A stretch of DNA of 64,000 nucleotides from an uncultured Bacteriovoracaceae bacterium (GTDB lineage: Bacteria; Bdellovibrionota; Bacteriovoracia; Bacteriovoracales; Bacteriovoracaceae). Each line of letters opens with the position of its first letter. Positions within the stretch are counted from its first letter, which is position 1. Positions 20,048 through 28,859 of this stretch are shown one piece after another. The stretch covers positions 1 to 64,000 of the forward strand of contig CAXGUD010000016.1 of NCBI GenBank assembly GCA_964012805.1, given 5' to 3'. Both the position numbers and the translations under genes were made by a program. The notes beneath the pieces are model-generated. The model did not search any database. It was not told the DNA's origin and was given only the letters and a program-made list of their open reading frames with translations.

Positions 20048-20246
20048 ACGACCTTTTTTTATAATTAAAAAATAAAATTTATTTATCCTAAATAGAGGCT
20101 TTTTTAAGCTTTTTTTTGACGATTTATTCCTTTCGGAATGTTGACTAATGACATGCGTCTAACATATCCTCTCTGGGCGATGCCTTCAGTAGAAGTATAA
20201 GCGGCTTTCCGTATGGAGAGACAAATAAAGTTTAAGGTGGATTTTT

Positions 20247-21983
20247 ATGTCAGATGATTTATCAAAAAAAATGAAGTGGCTTCAGGACTTCGAAGTTGTT
20301 TACGGAGAAGAAACGGAAGAAGTTGAAAAAACGGAGTTTTCTAGCTTGCTAGAAGAGAATGCAACGAAAAGTTTCCAAGAAGGAGAGGTTTTCAAAGGAC
20401 AAGTTATCAATATTGGAGCTGATTATGTAACAGTTGATATTGGTTATAAGCAGGAAGGTCTTGTTTCTGTTAAGGAATTCCAAAATTATGATGGAACTCT
20501 AAAAATTAAGAAAGATGACGAAATTGAAGTTTATTTGGAGAAATTAGAGTCCGCTTTAGGGAATCTTGTTCTTTCAAAAGACAAAGCTGAAATTCTTAAA
20601 GCTTGGGATAAAATTTCTGAAGCTTGTGAGAAAGGTAATCCTCTTGAAGGAACAGTTATTGCTAAAGTTAAGGGTGGTCTTTCTGTCGATATCGGTGTTA
20701 AGGCATTCTTACCTGGTTCTCAAATTGATCTTCGTCCAACTCGTTACCTTGATAAGTACATTGGTAAAACAATGCAGTTTAAGGTTATTAAGTTTAACAA
20801 GAAAAGAGGAAATATTGTCCTTTCAAGAAGAGCTATTCTTCAAGAAGAAAGAGGCAAGATGAGAAACGAAATTCTTTCTCAGATCCAAGAAGGAATGATC
20901 GTTAAAGGTGTTGTTAAAAATATCACAGATTATGGTGCCTTTATTGACCTTGGTGGTATTGATGGTCTTCTTCACATTACTGATATGTCTTGGGGAAGAG
21001 TTAAGCATCCAAGTAATATCCTTAATATTGCTGATGAAGTTGAAGTTAAAATCCTTAAGTTTGACGCTGAAAAAGAAAGAGTTTCTCTTGGTCTTAAGCA
21101 AGTTCAGCCTAACCCATGGGAAAAAGCTAAAGAAAAATATAGCATTGGTAACAAAGTTGAAGGTGAAATTGTTTCTGTCAAAGATTACGGTGTTTTCATC
21201 GAGCTTGACGATGGAATTGAAGGCCTTATCCATGTTTCAGAAATGAGCTGGACAGGTAAGATTAAGAGTCCTTCTAAGCAATTTACTGTTGGTGAGAAAG
21301 TTGGAGCTAAAGTTCTTGACGTAGATGTTGAGAATAAGAGAATTTCTCTAGGTCTTAAGCAATTAATGCCTAACCCATGGGATGACCTCATCACTAAGTA
21401 CAAAATTGGTTCTCAAGTTCTTGGTAAAGTTAAGTCAGTTGTTGATTTTGGAGTTTTTGTTGACCTTGGTGAAGAAGTTGATGCCCTTATCCATATTTCT
21501 GACGTTTCTTGGACAAGAAAGAACGTTAATCTTCCTGACGAATTCAAGGATGGAGATGATATCAATGCAATGGTTCTTTCTGTTGATAAAGAAAACCAAA
21601 AGTTCTGCCTTGGTATTAAGCAACTTGAAGAAGATCCTTGGAAAAAGATTGAAGAAAGACTTCCAGTTGGTACAAACGTTGAAGCTGAAGTTGTTAGAGT
21701 TACAGACTTTGGAGCTTTCGTTGAGCTAGAAACTGGTATCGAAGGGCTTATTCATATTTCTGAGCTATCCGAAGATAGAGTTGAAAAGCCTGAAGATGTT
21801 ATTAAGAAAGGTGACAAGCCAAAGGCCATGGTTATCTCTCTTGATAAAGAGTCTAAAAAGATTGCCCTTTCTATTAAAGCTGCTGCAAATGCTGGAGATA
21901 TTGACCCAGCTTCTGTTAAGCAGGAAGAAAAGAGTACATCTTCTCTAGCTAACCAATTGAAAGGTTTCAACGTAGAAAACTAA
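20247..21983 (+). CDS. rpsA: 30S ribosomal protein S1
   Basis: Six S1 repeats (AFLPGSQID, YGAFIDLGGIDGLLHITDMSW, EGLIHVSEMSW); strongly biased codon usage. Confidence 0.98.
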   Translation: MSDDLSKKMKWLQDFEVVYGEETEEVEKTEFSSLLEENATKSFQEGEVFKGQVINIGADYVTVDIGYKQEGLVSVKEFQNYDGTLKIKKDDEIEVYLEKLESALGNLVLSKDKAEILKAWDKISEACEKGNPLEGTVIAKVKGGLSVDIGVKAFLPGSQIDLRPTRYLDKYIGKTMQFKVIKFNKKRGNIVLSRRAILQEERGKMRNEILSQIQEGMIVKGVVKNITDYGAFIDLGGIDGLLHITDMSWGRVKHPSNILNIADEVEVKILKFDAEKERVSLGLKQVQPNPWEKAKEKYSIGNKVEGEIVSVKDYGVFIELDDGIEGLIHVSEMSWTGKIKSPSKQFTVGEKVGAKVLDVDVENKRISLGLKQLMPNPWDDLITKYKIGSQVLGKVKSVVDFGVFVDLGEEVDALIHISDVSWTRKNVNLPDEFKDGDDINAMVLSVDKENQKFCLGIKQLEEDPWKKIEERLPVGTNVEAEVVRVTDFGAFVELETGIEGLIHISELSEDRVEKPEDVIKKGDKPKAMVISLDKESKKIALSIKAAANAGDIDPASVKQEEKSTSSLANQLKGFNVEN

Positions 21984-22008
21984 GATTAGTTAATTAAAAA
22001 GTACAAAT

Positions 22009-22053
22009 AAAAAAGGGGCTGTTATTCTCTAAGAAGAATACGGCCCTTTTTTT
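22009..22053 (+). terminator. Intrinsic terminator after rpsA
   Basis: AAAAAAGGGGCTGTTATTCT-loop-AGAATACGGCCCTTTTTTT imperfect hairpin plus T run. Confidence 0.8.
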
Positions 22054-22076
22054 ATGGCCCTAAACTTGGTTAAAAA

Positions 22077-22427
22077 ATGAAAAAAGTTTTTTATATAGAA
22101 CAAGAGGAGTTTTTGAGGAATGCACTTGAGTTGTGTTTTCCTGGTGAATGCTTTAGCCTTGAATCAAGCAGTGATTGCTTTCACTTTCTCCTGGATGTGA
22201 GTCCAAGAGTCATTGTTTTAGACGCTGAAAGTACGGATTTGAAAGAAGGTAGTTTTATTAAGCTTTTGAAGGAAGATGATAGGGTGTCTGATTTGCCTAT
22301 TGTAGTGACAGGGCAAAAGAAAAGTTGGCAAGACTATGAATCCAAAATAGAGGTTTCAAAGTATTTTTCGAAACCTTTTTCTTTAAGTGATTTGAAATCT
22401 TATTTAGTAAAATTTACTAATGATTAA
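22077..22427 (+). CDS. Stand-alone response regulator receiver (CheY-like) protein
   Basis: KKVFYIE, SPRVIVLD (phospho-acceptor Asp), LPIVVTG, YFSKPF. Confidence 0.8.
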   Translation: MKKVFYIEQEEFLRNALELCFPGECFSLESSSDCFHFLLDVSPRVIVLDAESTDLKEGSFIKLLKEDDRVSDLPIVVTGQKKSWQDYESKIEVSKYFSKPFSLSDLKSYLVKFTND

Positions 22428-22486
22428 ATAAATTTTATTTCCCCACCCTTTAGTAAATGCTCATTCTTTAGTCCCTAACATCAATA

Positions 22487-22513
22487 TAAATTTCTTAAAA
22501 TACCTGTCGATAA
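22487..22513 (+). promoter_or_regulatory. Putative sigma28 (FliA) promoter
   Basis: TAAA-N15-GTCGATAA, one mismatch to TAAA-N15-GCCGATAA. Confidence 0.6.
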
Positions 22514-22520
22514 GAGGTTT

Positions 22521-22613
22521 ATGGATAAGAATGAAGTCATTTTTTATGTAGGTTTTTTTGGAAGCTTTTTCGTTTTCTTCCTTACTATTTATTTTCGAAG
22601 TGGAGCTTTTTAA
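22521..22613 (+). CDS. Small 30-aa single-TM peptide MDKNEVIFYVGFFGSFFVFFLTIYFRSGAF (absent from the ORF track)
   Basis: ATG after AAGAGG and a sigma28-like promoter; hydrophobic core; stop shares TTAA with the convergent hflX stop. Confidence 0.55.
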   Translation: MDKNEVIFYVGFFGSFFVFFLTIYFRSGAF

Positions 22614-23953
22614 TCTTTTTCGATTCCTTCGTAGAATTCCTCCCTTAGAGGGTCTGTTGGAGATAAGACGAAGTCTTTGACCCCGAGCTTTTCAAAAATA
22701 AAGGCAGGCAATTTTATTCTATAAAAAATGCCTTTTTCATGGGAAAGGGATTTAATAATATTAGATTTACCCATTAAAATTGAATGAACGTGCCCTTCTT
22801 CGTAAGGGATAAAAAGATCGTAGTGATTTTGTTTGTTTAAAAAGTGATCTAAAATAAATTTCCTTAGTTCATCGATATCTTCTTTATCAAAGGAAGACAC
22901 AAGAAAACTATTTGGGTAGCTTCTTAAAAGAATTTTTCTCTGAAAAGGGTCTGTGAAGTTATCTTTCTTGTTAAAGACAGTAATTTGCTCTTTGTCTTTC
23001 ACACCTAGTTCATCAAGTACGCTTTTTGTTACCTCAAGGTGTTTTTTATAGTTGGGGTCTGAGATATCTACGACATTGATAATGAGGTCTGCTTCTAGTG
23101 CAGACTCCATTGTTGTTTTAAAACCTTCTAAAAGAGTATTTGGCAAATTTGATATAAAGCCAACAGTATCAATTAGGATCATATTTGGCTTTGTGTCCGG
23201 GTTTAAGACCCTATAAGTTGAATCAAGAGTAGCAAAAAGCTTGTCTTCCTCGAGGATATTCACCCTACAGAGGCGATTCATTAGTGAGCTTTTCCCAGCA
23301 TTAGTATAGCCTACGAGAGCGGCAGTGACTGTAGACATATTCTGGCGCTTTTTCTTTTGCTGTTGTCTGGCCTTAATGACTTGTTTTAGCTCTTTTTTAT
23401 AAAACTCAATTCTTTGCCTAACGATTCTTCTATCGAGCTCAATCTGCTGCTCACCTTCACCACCTTTGACACCGACACCACCCTTTTGTCTTGATAGGTG
23501 TGTCCAAAAGCCTGAAAGCCTTGGTAATAAGTACTGAAGTCTGGAAATTTCAATTTGAATTTTTGCTTCTTTGGTTCTTGCATGCTCAGCAAAGATTTCT
23601 AGGATGATGTGGCATCTGTCTACGACGGACAGTTTAGTGAGCTTTTTTATATTTCTTATCTGACTGGCCGTAAGCTCAAAATCAAAGACGAGGAGGCTTG
23701 ACCCTTCTTCCTTTGCTTTTTGGGCTATATCCATTAATTTGCCTGAACCAATAATTGTGGCCGTATCAATAGTTTTTCTTTTTTGGACAAAAGAGCTACC
23801 ATACTTTATACCAAGTGTTCTTAATAGTTCCTGAAGTTCCTTTAGGGACCTTTCCGTTTCGACTTCGGATGTATGCTCTTCTAATCTGTGAGTAACAATA
23901 GAGACTAGAGTTGCCTGTCCTTCTCGAGAAATATGAAATTCGTTATCTAACAT
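22610..23953 (-). CDS. hflX: Ribosome-splitting GTPase HflX
   Basis: ILEIFAEHARTKEAKIQIE, GEGEQQIELDRR, VGYTNAGKSS, DKLFATLD, DTVGFI, FNKKD. Confidence 0.96.
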   Translation of the reverse strand: MLDNEFHISREGQATLVSIVTHRLEEHTSEVETERSLKELQELLRTLGIKYGSSFVQKRKTIDTATIIGSGKLMDIAQKAKEEGSSLLVFDFELTASQIRNIKKLTKLSVVDRCHIILEIFAEHARTKEAKIQIEISRLQYLLPRLSGFWTHLSRQKGGVGVKGGEGEQQIELDRRIVRQRIEFYKKELKQVIKARQQQKKKRQNMSTVTAALVGYTNAGKSSLMNRLCRVNILEEDKLFATLDSTYRVLNPDTKPNMILIDTVGFISNLPNTLLEGFKTTMESALEADLIINVVDISDPNYKKHLEVTKSVLDELGVKDKEQITVFNKKDNFTDPFQRKILLRSYPNSFLVSSFDKEDIDELRKFILDHFLNKQNHYDLFIPYEEGHVHSILMGKSNIIKSLSHEKGIFYRIKLPAFIFEKLGVKDFVLSPTDPLREEFYEGIEKD

Positions 23954-24830
23954 AATTTAATTCTACCAATTTATTATCTATGAGGCGAGTTTCACCGACT
24001 TTTAGGGCTCCAGCAATAACAACAGTATGGGACTCTTCGTGGGGCTCCTTCAAGTCTGTAGAGTCGAGAACTTCCAGATAGTCCCATGAATGGCTCCTTT
24101 TGTAGTCACTAATAATCTCTTTAATTATGGGTTGAGCTGTTAACCAGTTATTTTCTTTAATTGTTTTTTTTATTTTTTCTAAGATCTTTGGAAGGACAAG
24201 AGCTTCTGTTTTCTGATCGCCTGTTAGAAATTGATTGCGACTGGATAAGGCAAGGCCATCTTTATCCCTTTTAATAGGCATGGGAATGATTTGGATATTA
24301 AGGTTAAGGTCAGATATCATTCTCTTTATGACGAGGTATTGTTGATAATCTTTTTGTCCGAAATAGGCCTTATTTGGTTTTACAAGAGAGAAGAGTTGAA
24401 AAACTACCGTCGTGACTCCATCAAAGTGGCCAGGTCTTGATTTTCCGCAGAGTCTTCCTGTAAGTTCATTACCAACACTTATAGTCGTATTGTAATCAGG
24501 AGGATAGACCTCTGAGACTTTTTCAGGACAGAAAAAGGCAATTTTTTTTCCTTTTTCTTCAAAGCCACCTTCCCTAAAAAGGTCTCTTACTAAGCTCACA
24601 TCGCGTCCTAGAGTTCTAGGGTACCTCTCAAAGTCTTCATTTGGTCCAAATTGTTTTGGGTTAACAAAAATAGAGAGTATGGTCCAGTCATTGTTTTCCA
24701 AAGATTCTTTGACCAGGGAGAGGTGACCAGAGTGGAGGTTTCCCATAGTTGGGACAAAACCAACAGCACATTCTGGAAGGTTTTGCCTAAAAATAAGGAA
24801 TTGGTGTGTACTTCTTAGAATTTCAATCAC
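23943..24830 (-). CDS. panC: Pantoate-beta-alanine ligase
   Basis: GFVPTMGNLHSGH, SIFVNPKQF, SRPGHFDGV, FGQKDYQQ, GLALSSRN, RLIDN. Confidence 0.97.
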   Translation of the reverse strand: MIEILRSTHQFLIFRQNLPECAVGFVPTMGNLHSGHLSLVKESLENNDWTILSIFVNPKQFGPNEDFERYPRTLGRDVSLVRDLFREGGFEEKGKKIAFFCPEKVSEVYPPDYNTTISVGNELTGRLCGKSRPGHFDGVTTVVFQLFSLVKPNKAYFGQKDYQQYLVIKRMISDLNLNIQIIPMPIKRDKDGLALSSRNQFLTGDQKTEALVLPKILEKIKKTIKENNWLTAQPIIKEIISDYKRSHSWDYLEVLDSTDLKEPHEESHTVVIAGALKVGETRLIDNKLVELNYVR

Positions 24831-26091
24831 GTAGAAACCTTTGTAAAATTTTTTGAGCGAGAGACTTTTTACTTAGTGGCCCTTCAAAAGTAACTTCCTT
24901 ATTTTCCATAAAAGAATAGTAGGCGCTATCATTGCTAAAACCACTGACCTCGGATGACTCAGAGGTTAGGCCATTATGAACTTTTGTACCTACAAGGAGG
25001 TCTACAGGTTTTCTTTCCCATTTTTCTTTGAGAACCTTGAAAGATAAATCTGTTTCAGCGGCAAAACCAACTGTTTTAAGGGCTTGAGGTTTTTCTTTTA
25101 AAACTTGTGCCAATATATCTGGAGACTGCTTAATCGGGAGGTTGTCTTTTATGTTTGCCTTTTTGATTTTGTTTTGGTCTTGGACAAACTCGATGTCTCC
25201 AATGGCAGCTGATGAAATATAGAGGTTATAAATATCTAAGCTTTTTAAAACGGCACGACTCATCTCAGAGGGAGAGACAACCCTCTGAACTTCGAAGTTT
25301 GGAAAAACATTTAAATATTCTAATTTAGAAGTCGCTGCTTTTCCCGCAATAACTTTTACTTGAAGTCCCTCCTTTAGGGCTTCTCTGGCCAAGTAAAAGC
25401 CTGTGAGACCTGAGGACGAGTTTGTCAAAAAGCGGACTGGGTCAAGTGGTGATATTGTGGCTCCTGTTGTAATAAGAACCTTTTTATTTACAGGTTTATT
25501 TACAGGTCTTTTTTTATGAATGTTTATAAAAGGGAGGGTTTCAATAATTTTATCAACATCAGGGAGTTTACCACTTCCTTCTTCTCCACAGGCCAGTAAA
25601 CCCGAGTCTGGTTCAATTACATATACGTTGGAGAGTGATTCTCTAAGTGAGTTTAAGTTTCTTTGAACAAGAGGATTTTTAAGCATGCTTTGGTTCATGG
25701 CCGGGTAAAGCACGATAGGAGTTTCTTCATTCGTGGCCAGAAAAACGGATGTTAAAAGGTCATTGGCCGAACCTTGATTCAAAGAGGAGAGTGTATTTGC
25801 GGAAAGAGGTAGAATTGCAAATTGATCCGCCCATCTTGCAAGATCTATATGGAGTATAGGGTTTCGTTCAAGTTTATCAACCTCTTTGTAAGAAGATGGA
25901 TATTTAAAATCGTCTTCTGGTTTGAAAACTTCCAAAGCTCCGAGGTAGAGAAAGACCTCTGGAACAACAAATTTGGTGGCCCCAGAAGTCACAATAACTT
26001 TGACTTCGTGACCATTTTTTGTAAGTCCTCTTACGACGTCCAAAGCCTTATAAGCAGAAATAGAGCCTGATACACCAATCAGAATTTTCAT
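24823..26091 (-). CDS. coaBC: Bifunctional phosphopantothenoylcysteine decarboxylase/synthase CoaBC
   Basis: GVSGSISAYK, HIDLARWAD, PAMN, LACGEEGSGK, DPVRFLTNSSSG, GFAAET. Confidence 0.96.
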   Translation of the reverse strand: MKILIGVSGSISAYKALDVVRGLTKNGHEVKVIVTSGATKFVVPEVFLYLGALEVFKPEDDFKYPSSYKEVDKLERNPILHIDLARWADQFAILPLSANTLSSLNQGSANDLLTSVFLATNEETPIVLYPAMNQSMLKNPLVQRNLNSLRESLSNVYVIEPDSGLLACGEEGSGKLPDVDKIIETLPFINIHKKRPVNKPVNKKVLITTGATISPLDPVRFLTNSSSGLTGFYLAREALKEGLQVKVIAGKAATSKLEYLNVFPNFEVQRVVSPSEMSRAVLKSLDIYNLYISSAAIGDIEFVQDQNKIKKANIKDNLPIKQSPDILAQVLKEKPQALKTVGFAAETDLSFKVLKEKWERKPVDLLVGTKVHNGLTSESSEVSGFSNDSAYYSFMENKEVTFEGPLSKKSLAQKILQRFLRD

Positions 26092-26172
26092 TTTTTATTC
26101 TCACGAAAGGAACATATAATCAGGTGTTCTTATTCCATAAGTTGTTTAACTTTGTAAATTTACAAATAAATT

Positions 26173-26943
26173 TTATTGATTTTCGTAGTCTAGAAGTACT
26201 TGAAATAAGGCTTCATGAATAAAAGAGGGCCTATGATCAAGAGAACTTTTTTCAAAAGTGCTTCTCTTAAAATAGGGAAGGAGGCTTGAGGCCTTTCCAC
26301 CGGTTAAAATGACTTTTTTAGGATCTAGCTTTTTATTTATGAAAGTAAAAACCCCTTGGTGAAAGACGCTAAGGCTTCCGAGGATGGCACTATCTGTATT
26401 TTGAGGAACTTTTTTACAATCGAGTCTTTCATTTCTAGAGGATGTTTGGAGGTCTATAACTGGTAGCTGGGCTCCTTTTTGAAATGAACTTAGGTAAGTT
26501 TGAGGACCAGGAAAAATATAGCCACCTAAAAAACCTTCTTCTGTAATATAATCAACCGTTGTAAATGTTCCGCAATCTATAACTATGGTAGGTCCTTCTG
26601 AGTTCATTTTCCATGCGAAATAGGCCTGGCATAGTCGGTCATCTCCAAGTGTTTCTGAGTAAAATACGGGCATCCCGAGGAATGAATCATTTTCTCTTAT
26701 ATCTGAAATGAATGTGCTTTCTATCTCAAAGCCAAGGGCACTTAACTTTTTATTAAGTCGTTTGCTGTTTCCAACATTGGAGATAATAGCTTTGACAATA
26801 TTATTGTCTTCAGAGTGACTTTTAAGAAGTTTGTTTAGAGATTCAGAGTCGTTAAAGGAAGCTGTTTCAGTTAGAGAGCTCCCCTCGAAAATACCAATAT
26901 GAGGGTTTGTGTTACCATTATCAACTGTTATGGTGGTACTCAT
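26173..26943 (-). CDS. coaX: Type III pantothenate kinase
   Basis: TVDNGNT, LGDDR, VIDCGTFTT, GGYIFPG, ILTGG. Confidence 0.93.
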   Translation of the reverse strand: MSTTITVDNGNTNPHIGIFEGSSLTETASFNDSESLNKLLKSHSEDNNIVKAIISNVGNSKRLNKKLSALGFEIESTFISDIRENDSFLGMPVFYSETLGDDRLCQAYFAWKMNSEGPTIVIDCGTFTTVDYITEEGFLGGYIFPGPQTYLSSFQKGAQLPVIDLQTSSRNERLDCKKVPQNTDSAILGSLSVFHQGVFTFINKKLDPKKVILTGGKASSLLPYFKRSTFEKSSLDHRPSFIHEALFQVLLDYENQ

Positions 26944-26958
26944 TTCGCGCCTTAAACC

Positions 26959-27774
26959 CTAATGAAGTGTAACTTCTGCTTCATTTAAAGAAGATGAAAG
27001 TGACTTTTGTTCAGATAGGTATTGATCAATATAATTTTTTTTGATCTGGTAGAGGTTTGTTATGGGTTTACAAAATGAAGGAGGGGCCAAGGGTCCCAGA
27101 TGGAGGAGGTCGTTTAAGACTAAAACTTGGCCATCTGTAGTTGTTCCTGATCCTATCCCAATTGTTGGTATGGATAAGTCTTTTGTAATTTCTTCTGAGA
27201 GGTTTGCCTCCACACATTCTAAAACAATGGCAAAGCAGCCAGCTTCTTCTAGAGCATGAGCTTGTTTCTTAAGTGCCTCGGCTGTTTTAGACTTTTTCCC
27301 GTGGACGTAGTAGCCCCCTAATTGGTGAACTGATTGAGGTGTAAGACCTATATGTCCCATGATTGGGATGCCCGTTTGTGTAAGCCTTTGAATAATCTCT
27401 AATTGGTAAGGATGTGCACCTTCTAGCTTCAGGGCCTCTACTTTTGATTTTTGAAAGAGGTGAATAGAGTTTTTTAAAGCAGTCTCTAAAGTTGAATAGG
27501 TTCCAAAGGGTAGGTCTCCAACAACAAATGTATTTTTTGCTCCTCTTTTAACGGCACTGGCAAAAACAGTCATTTCCTCAATTGATACCTCTACTGTGGT
27601 ATCATAGCCAAGGATTACATTACCAAGACTATCCCCAACAAGAATCAGATCGAGCTCAGTGTTATCAAGCATACATGCATTTTGGTAATCGTAACATGTA
27701 AGCATTTGGAGAGGCCTAAAGCCTCTATGTACTTTATTTTTTCTAATTTTTTTTGTTGTTAAAATTTTTTTCAC
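26959..27774 (-). CDS. panB: 3-methyl-2-oxobutanoate hydroxymethyltransferase
   Basis: MLTCYD, ILVGDSLG, DLPFGTY, KLEG, GHIGLTPQS, PTIGIGSG, DGQVLV. Confidence 0.97.
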   Translation of the reverse strand: MKKILTTKKIRKNKVHRGFRPLQMLTCYDYQNACMLDNTELDLILVGDSLGNVILGYDTTVEVSIEEMTVFASAVKRGAKNTFVVGDLPFGTYSTLETALKNSIHLFQKSKVEALKLEGAHPYQLEIIQRLTQTGIPIMGHIGLTPQSVHQLGGYYVHGKKSKTAEALKKQAHALEEAGCFAIVLECVEANLSEEITKDLSIPTIGIGSGTTTDGQVLVLNDLLHLGPLAPPSFCKPITNLYQIKKNYIDQYLSEQKSLSSSLNEAEVTLH

Positions 27775-27793
27775 TTATGACCTCAATCAGTAG

Positions 27794-28765
27794 CTATGAA
27801 AACAACTCTGTCCCTAATGTTTTATGAAGTTTTTGTATTTCTTGTTTTTCCCAATGAGAGTTAACTTTCTTTCTAAGTTGTTCAATGTCTGTTCTCTCGA
27901 CTTCCTTAAAAAACTTTTTACTCCAAATATCGTCTATTAGACTATTCAATTTTTGCTCAAAATTATCGTCAAAAAGGAGGTTTTTCGCTTTTTCGCCTCC
28001 AATGAGAGCATTTGGGCTTATAAGGTTAAAAAAGTCGACAGGTCCGAGCTTTGTCAATGCGTCGCATATTAACTTGAGTTCAGCCCAGCACTCGAAGTAA
28101 GCAATCTCTTTAGAGACACCTTTTTCTCTTAATTTTTTAAAGCTTATAGAGGCAGCATATGGCAAAAGTGAGCACAGAATGCTTTGTTCGGAAAACAAAT
28201 CTGCATAACATTCTTCCTCAAAACTAGATTGAAAGGGACCGACATTAATCCCAATTCCTCTTGCTAATTCTATGAGGGTATTTTCAGCGGACTCTTTTTT
28301 CTTTGGGTCTTTTACCATTTCTGCAGAGTATGCGCCTCCAAGCTTACCCTGAGTCTCGTATTGAAAACGAACTTCTGAAGCTATAGCTTTTGGTGCTAAG
28401 AGAAGGTGGTTGAATTCAGAAAAGTTTTTTTCAAAAGAGCCATGACAATAACTGAAGCCATGTGCATAAATAAAATTACTTTTATAAGGGAAGTCCTCAC
28501 GATAAGTTTTTAAAATAGACTCATGAGTGTGGTCAGGAGTTAGCATAAGGAAAATTGAATAGGATTTGAGGTTAGATTCTCCAAAAAAGAGGGTCTTAAA
28601 CCCTAGACTCTTTACTAACTTAATTGAAGAGCTATCTTGTCTTAGGATGACATGAACATCAAACCCTGAGTCTCTGAGGTTAAGGGCCCAGGACTTCGCC
28701 TGCGAGCCAAATCCTATAATTAAAATGGGAGAGTTGCACTGACTCATCATAAAATCCTTGTCCAC
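27794..28765 (-). CDS. ilvC: Ketol-acid reductoisomerase (IlvC)-family protein, probably acting as ketopantoate reductase
   Basis: IGFGSQ..ALNLRDSG, AHGF, APK, DLFSEQ, AYFEC..ELKLI; first gene of the pan/coa operon. Confidence 0.85.
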   Translation of the reverse strand: MDKDFMMSQCNSPILIIGFGSQAKSWALNLRDSGFDVHVILRQDSSSIKLVKSLGFKTLFFGESNLKSYSIFLMLTPDHTHESILKTYREDFPYKSNFIYAHGFSYCHGSFEKNFSEFNHLLLAPKAIASEVRFQYETQGKLGGAYSAEMVKDPKKKESAENTLIELARGIGINVGPFQSSFEEECYADLFSEQSILCSLLPYAASISFKKLREKGVSKEIAYFECWAELKLICDALTKLGPVDFFNLISPNALIGGEKAKNLLFDDNFEQKLNSLIDDIWSKKFFKEVERTDIEQLRKKVNSHWEKQEIQKLHKTLGTELFS

Positions 28766-28859
28766 AAAACCAGTAACTTATGCAATATATGATCTTAGAA
28801 TGAGTTGCTACCATTATATTTTAAGCAAAGCAATACAGTTCTCTAATCAGGGGTTTTAG

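Noticed and set aside
20566..21970. Cluster of alternative-frame and antisense ORFs within rpsA
   Set aside because: Expected by-product of the biased codon usage of a highly expressed gene.
22521..22613. Superficial likeness of the microprotein to cytochrome b6f PetN (RSG near the C-terminus)
   Set aside because: Too short to be meaningful and there is no photosynthetic context.
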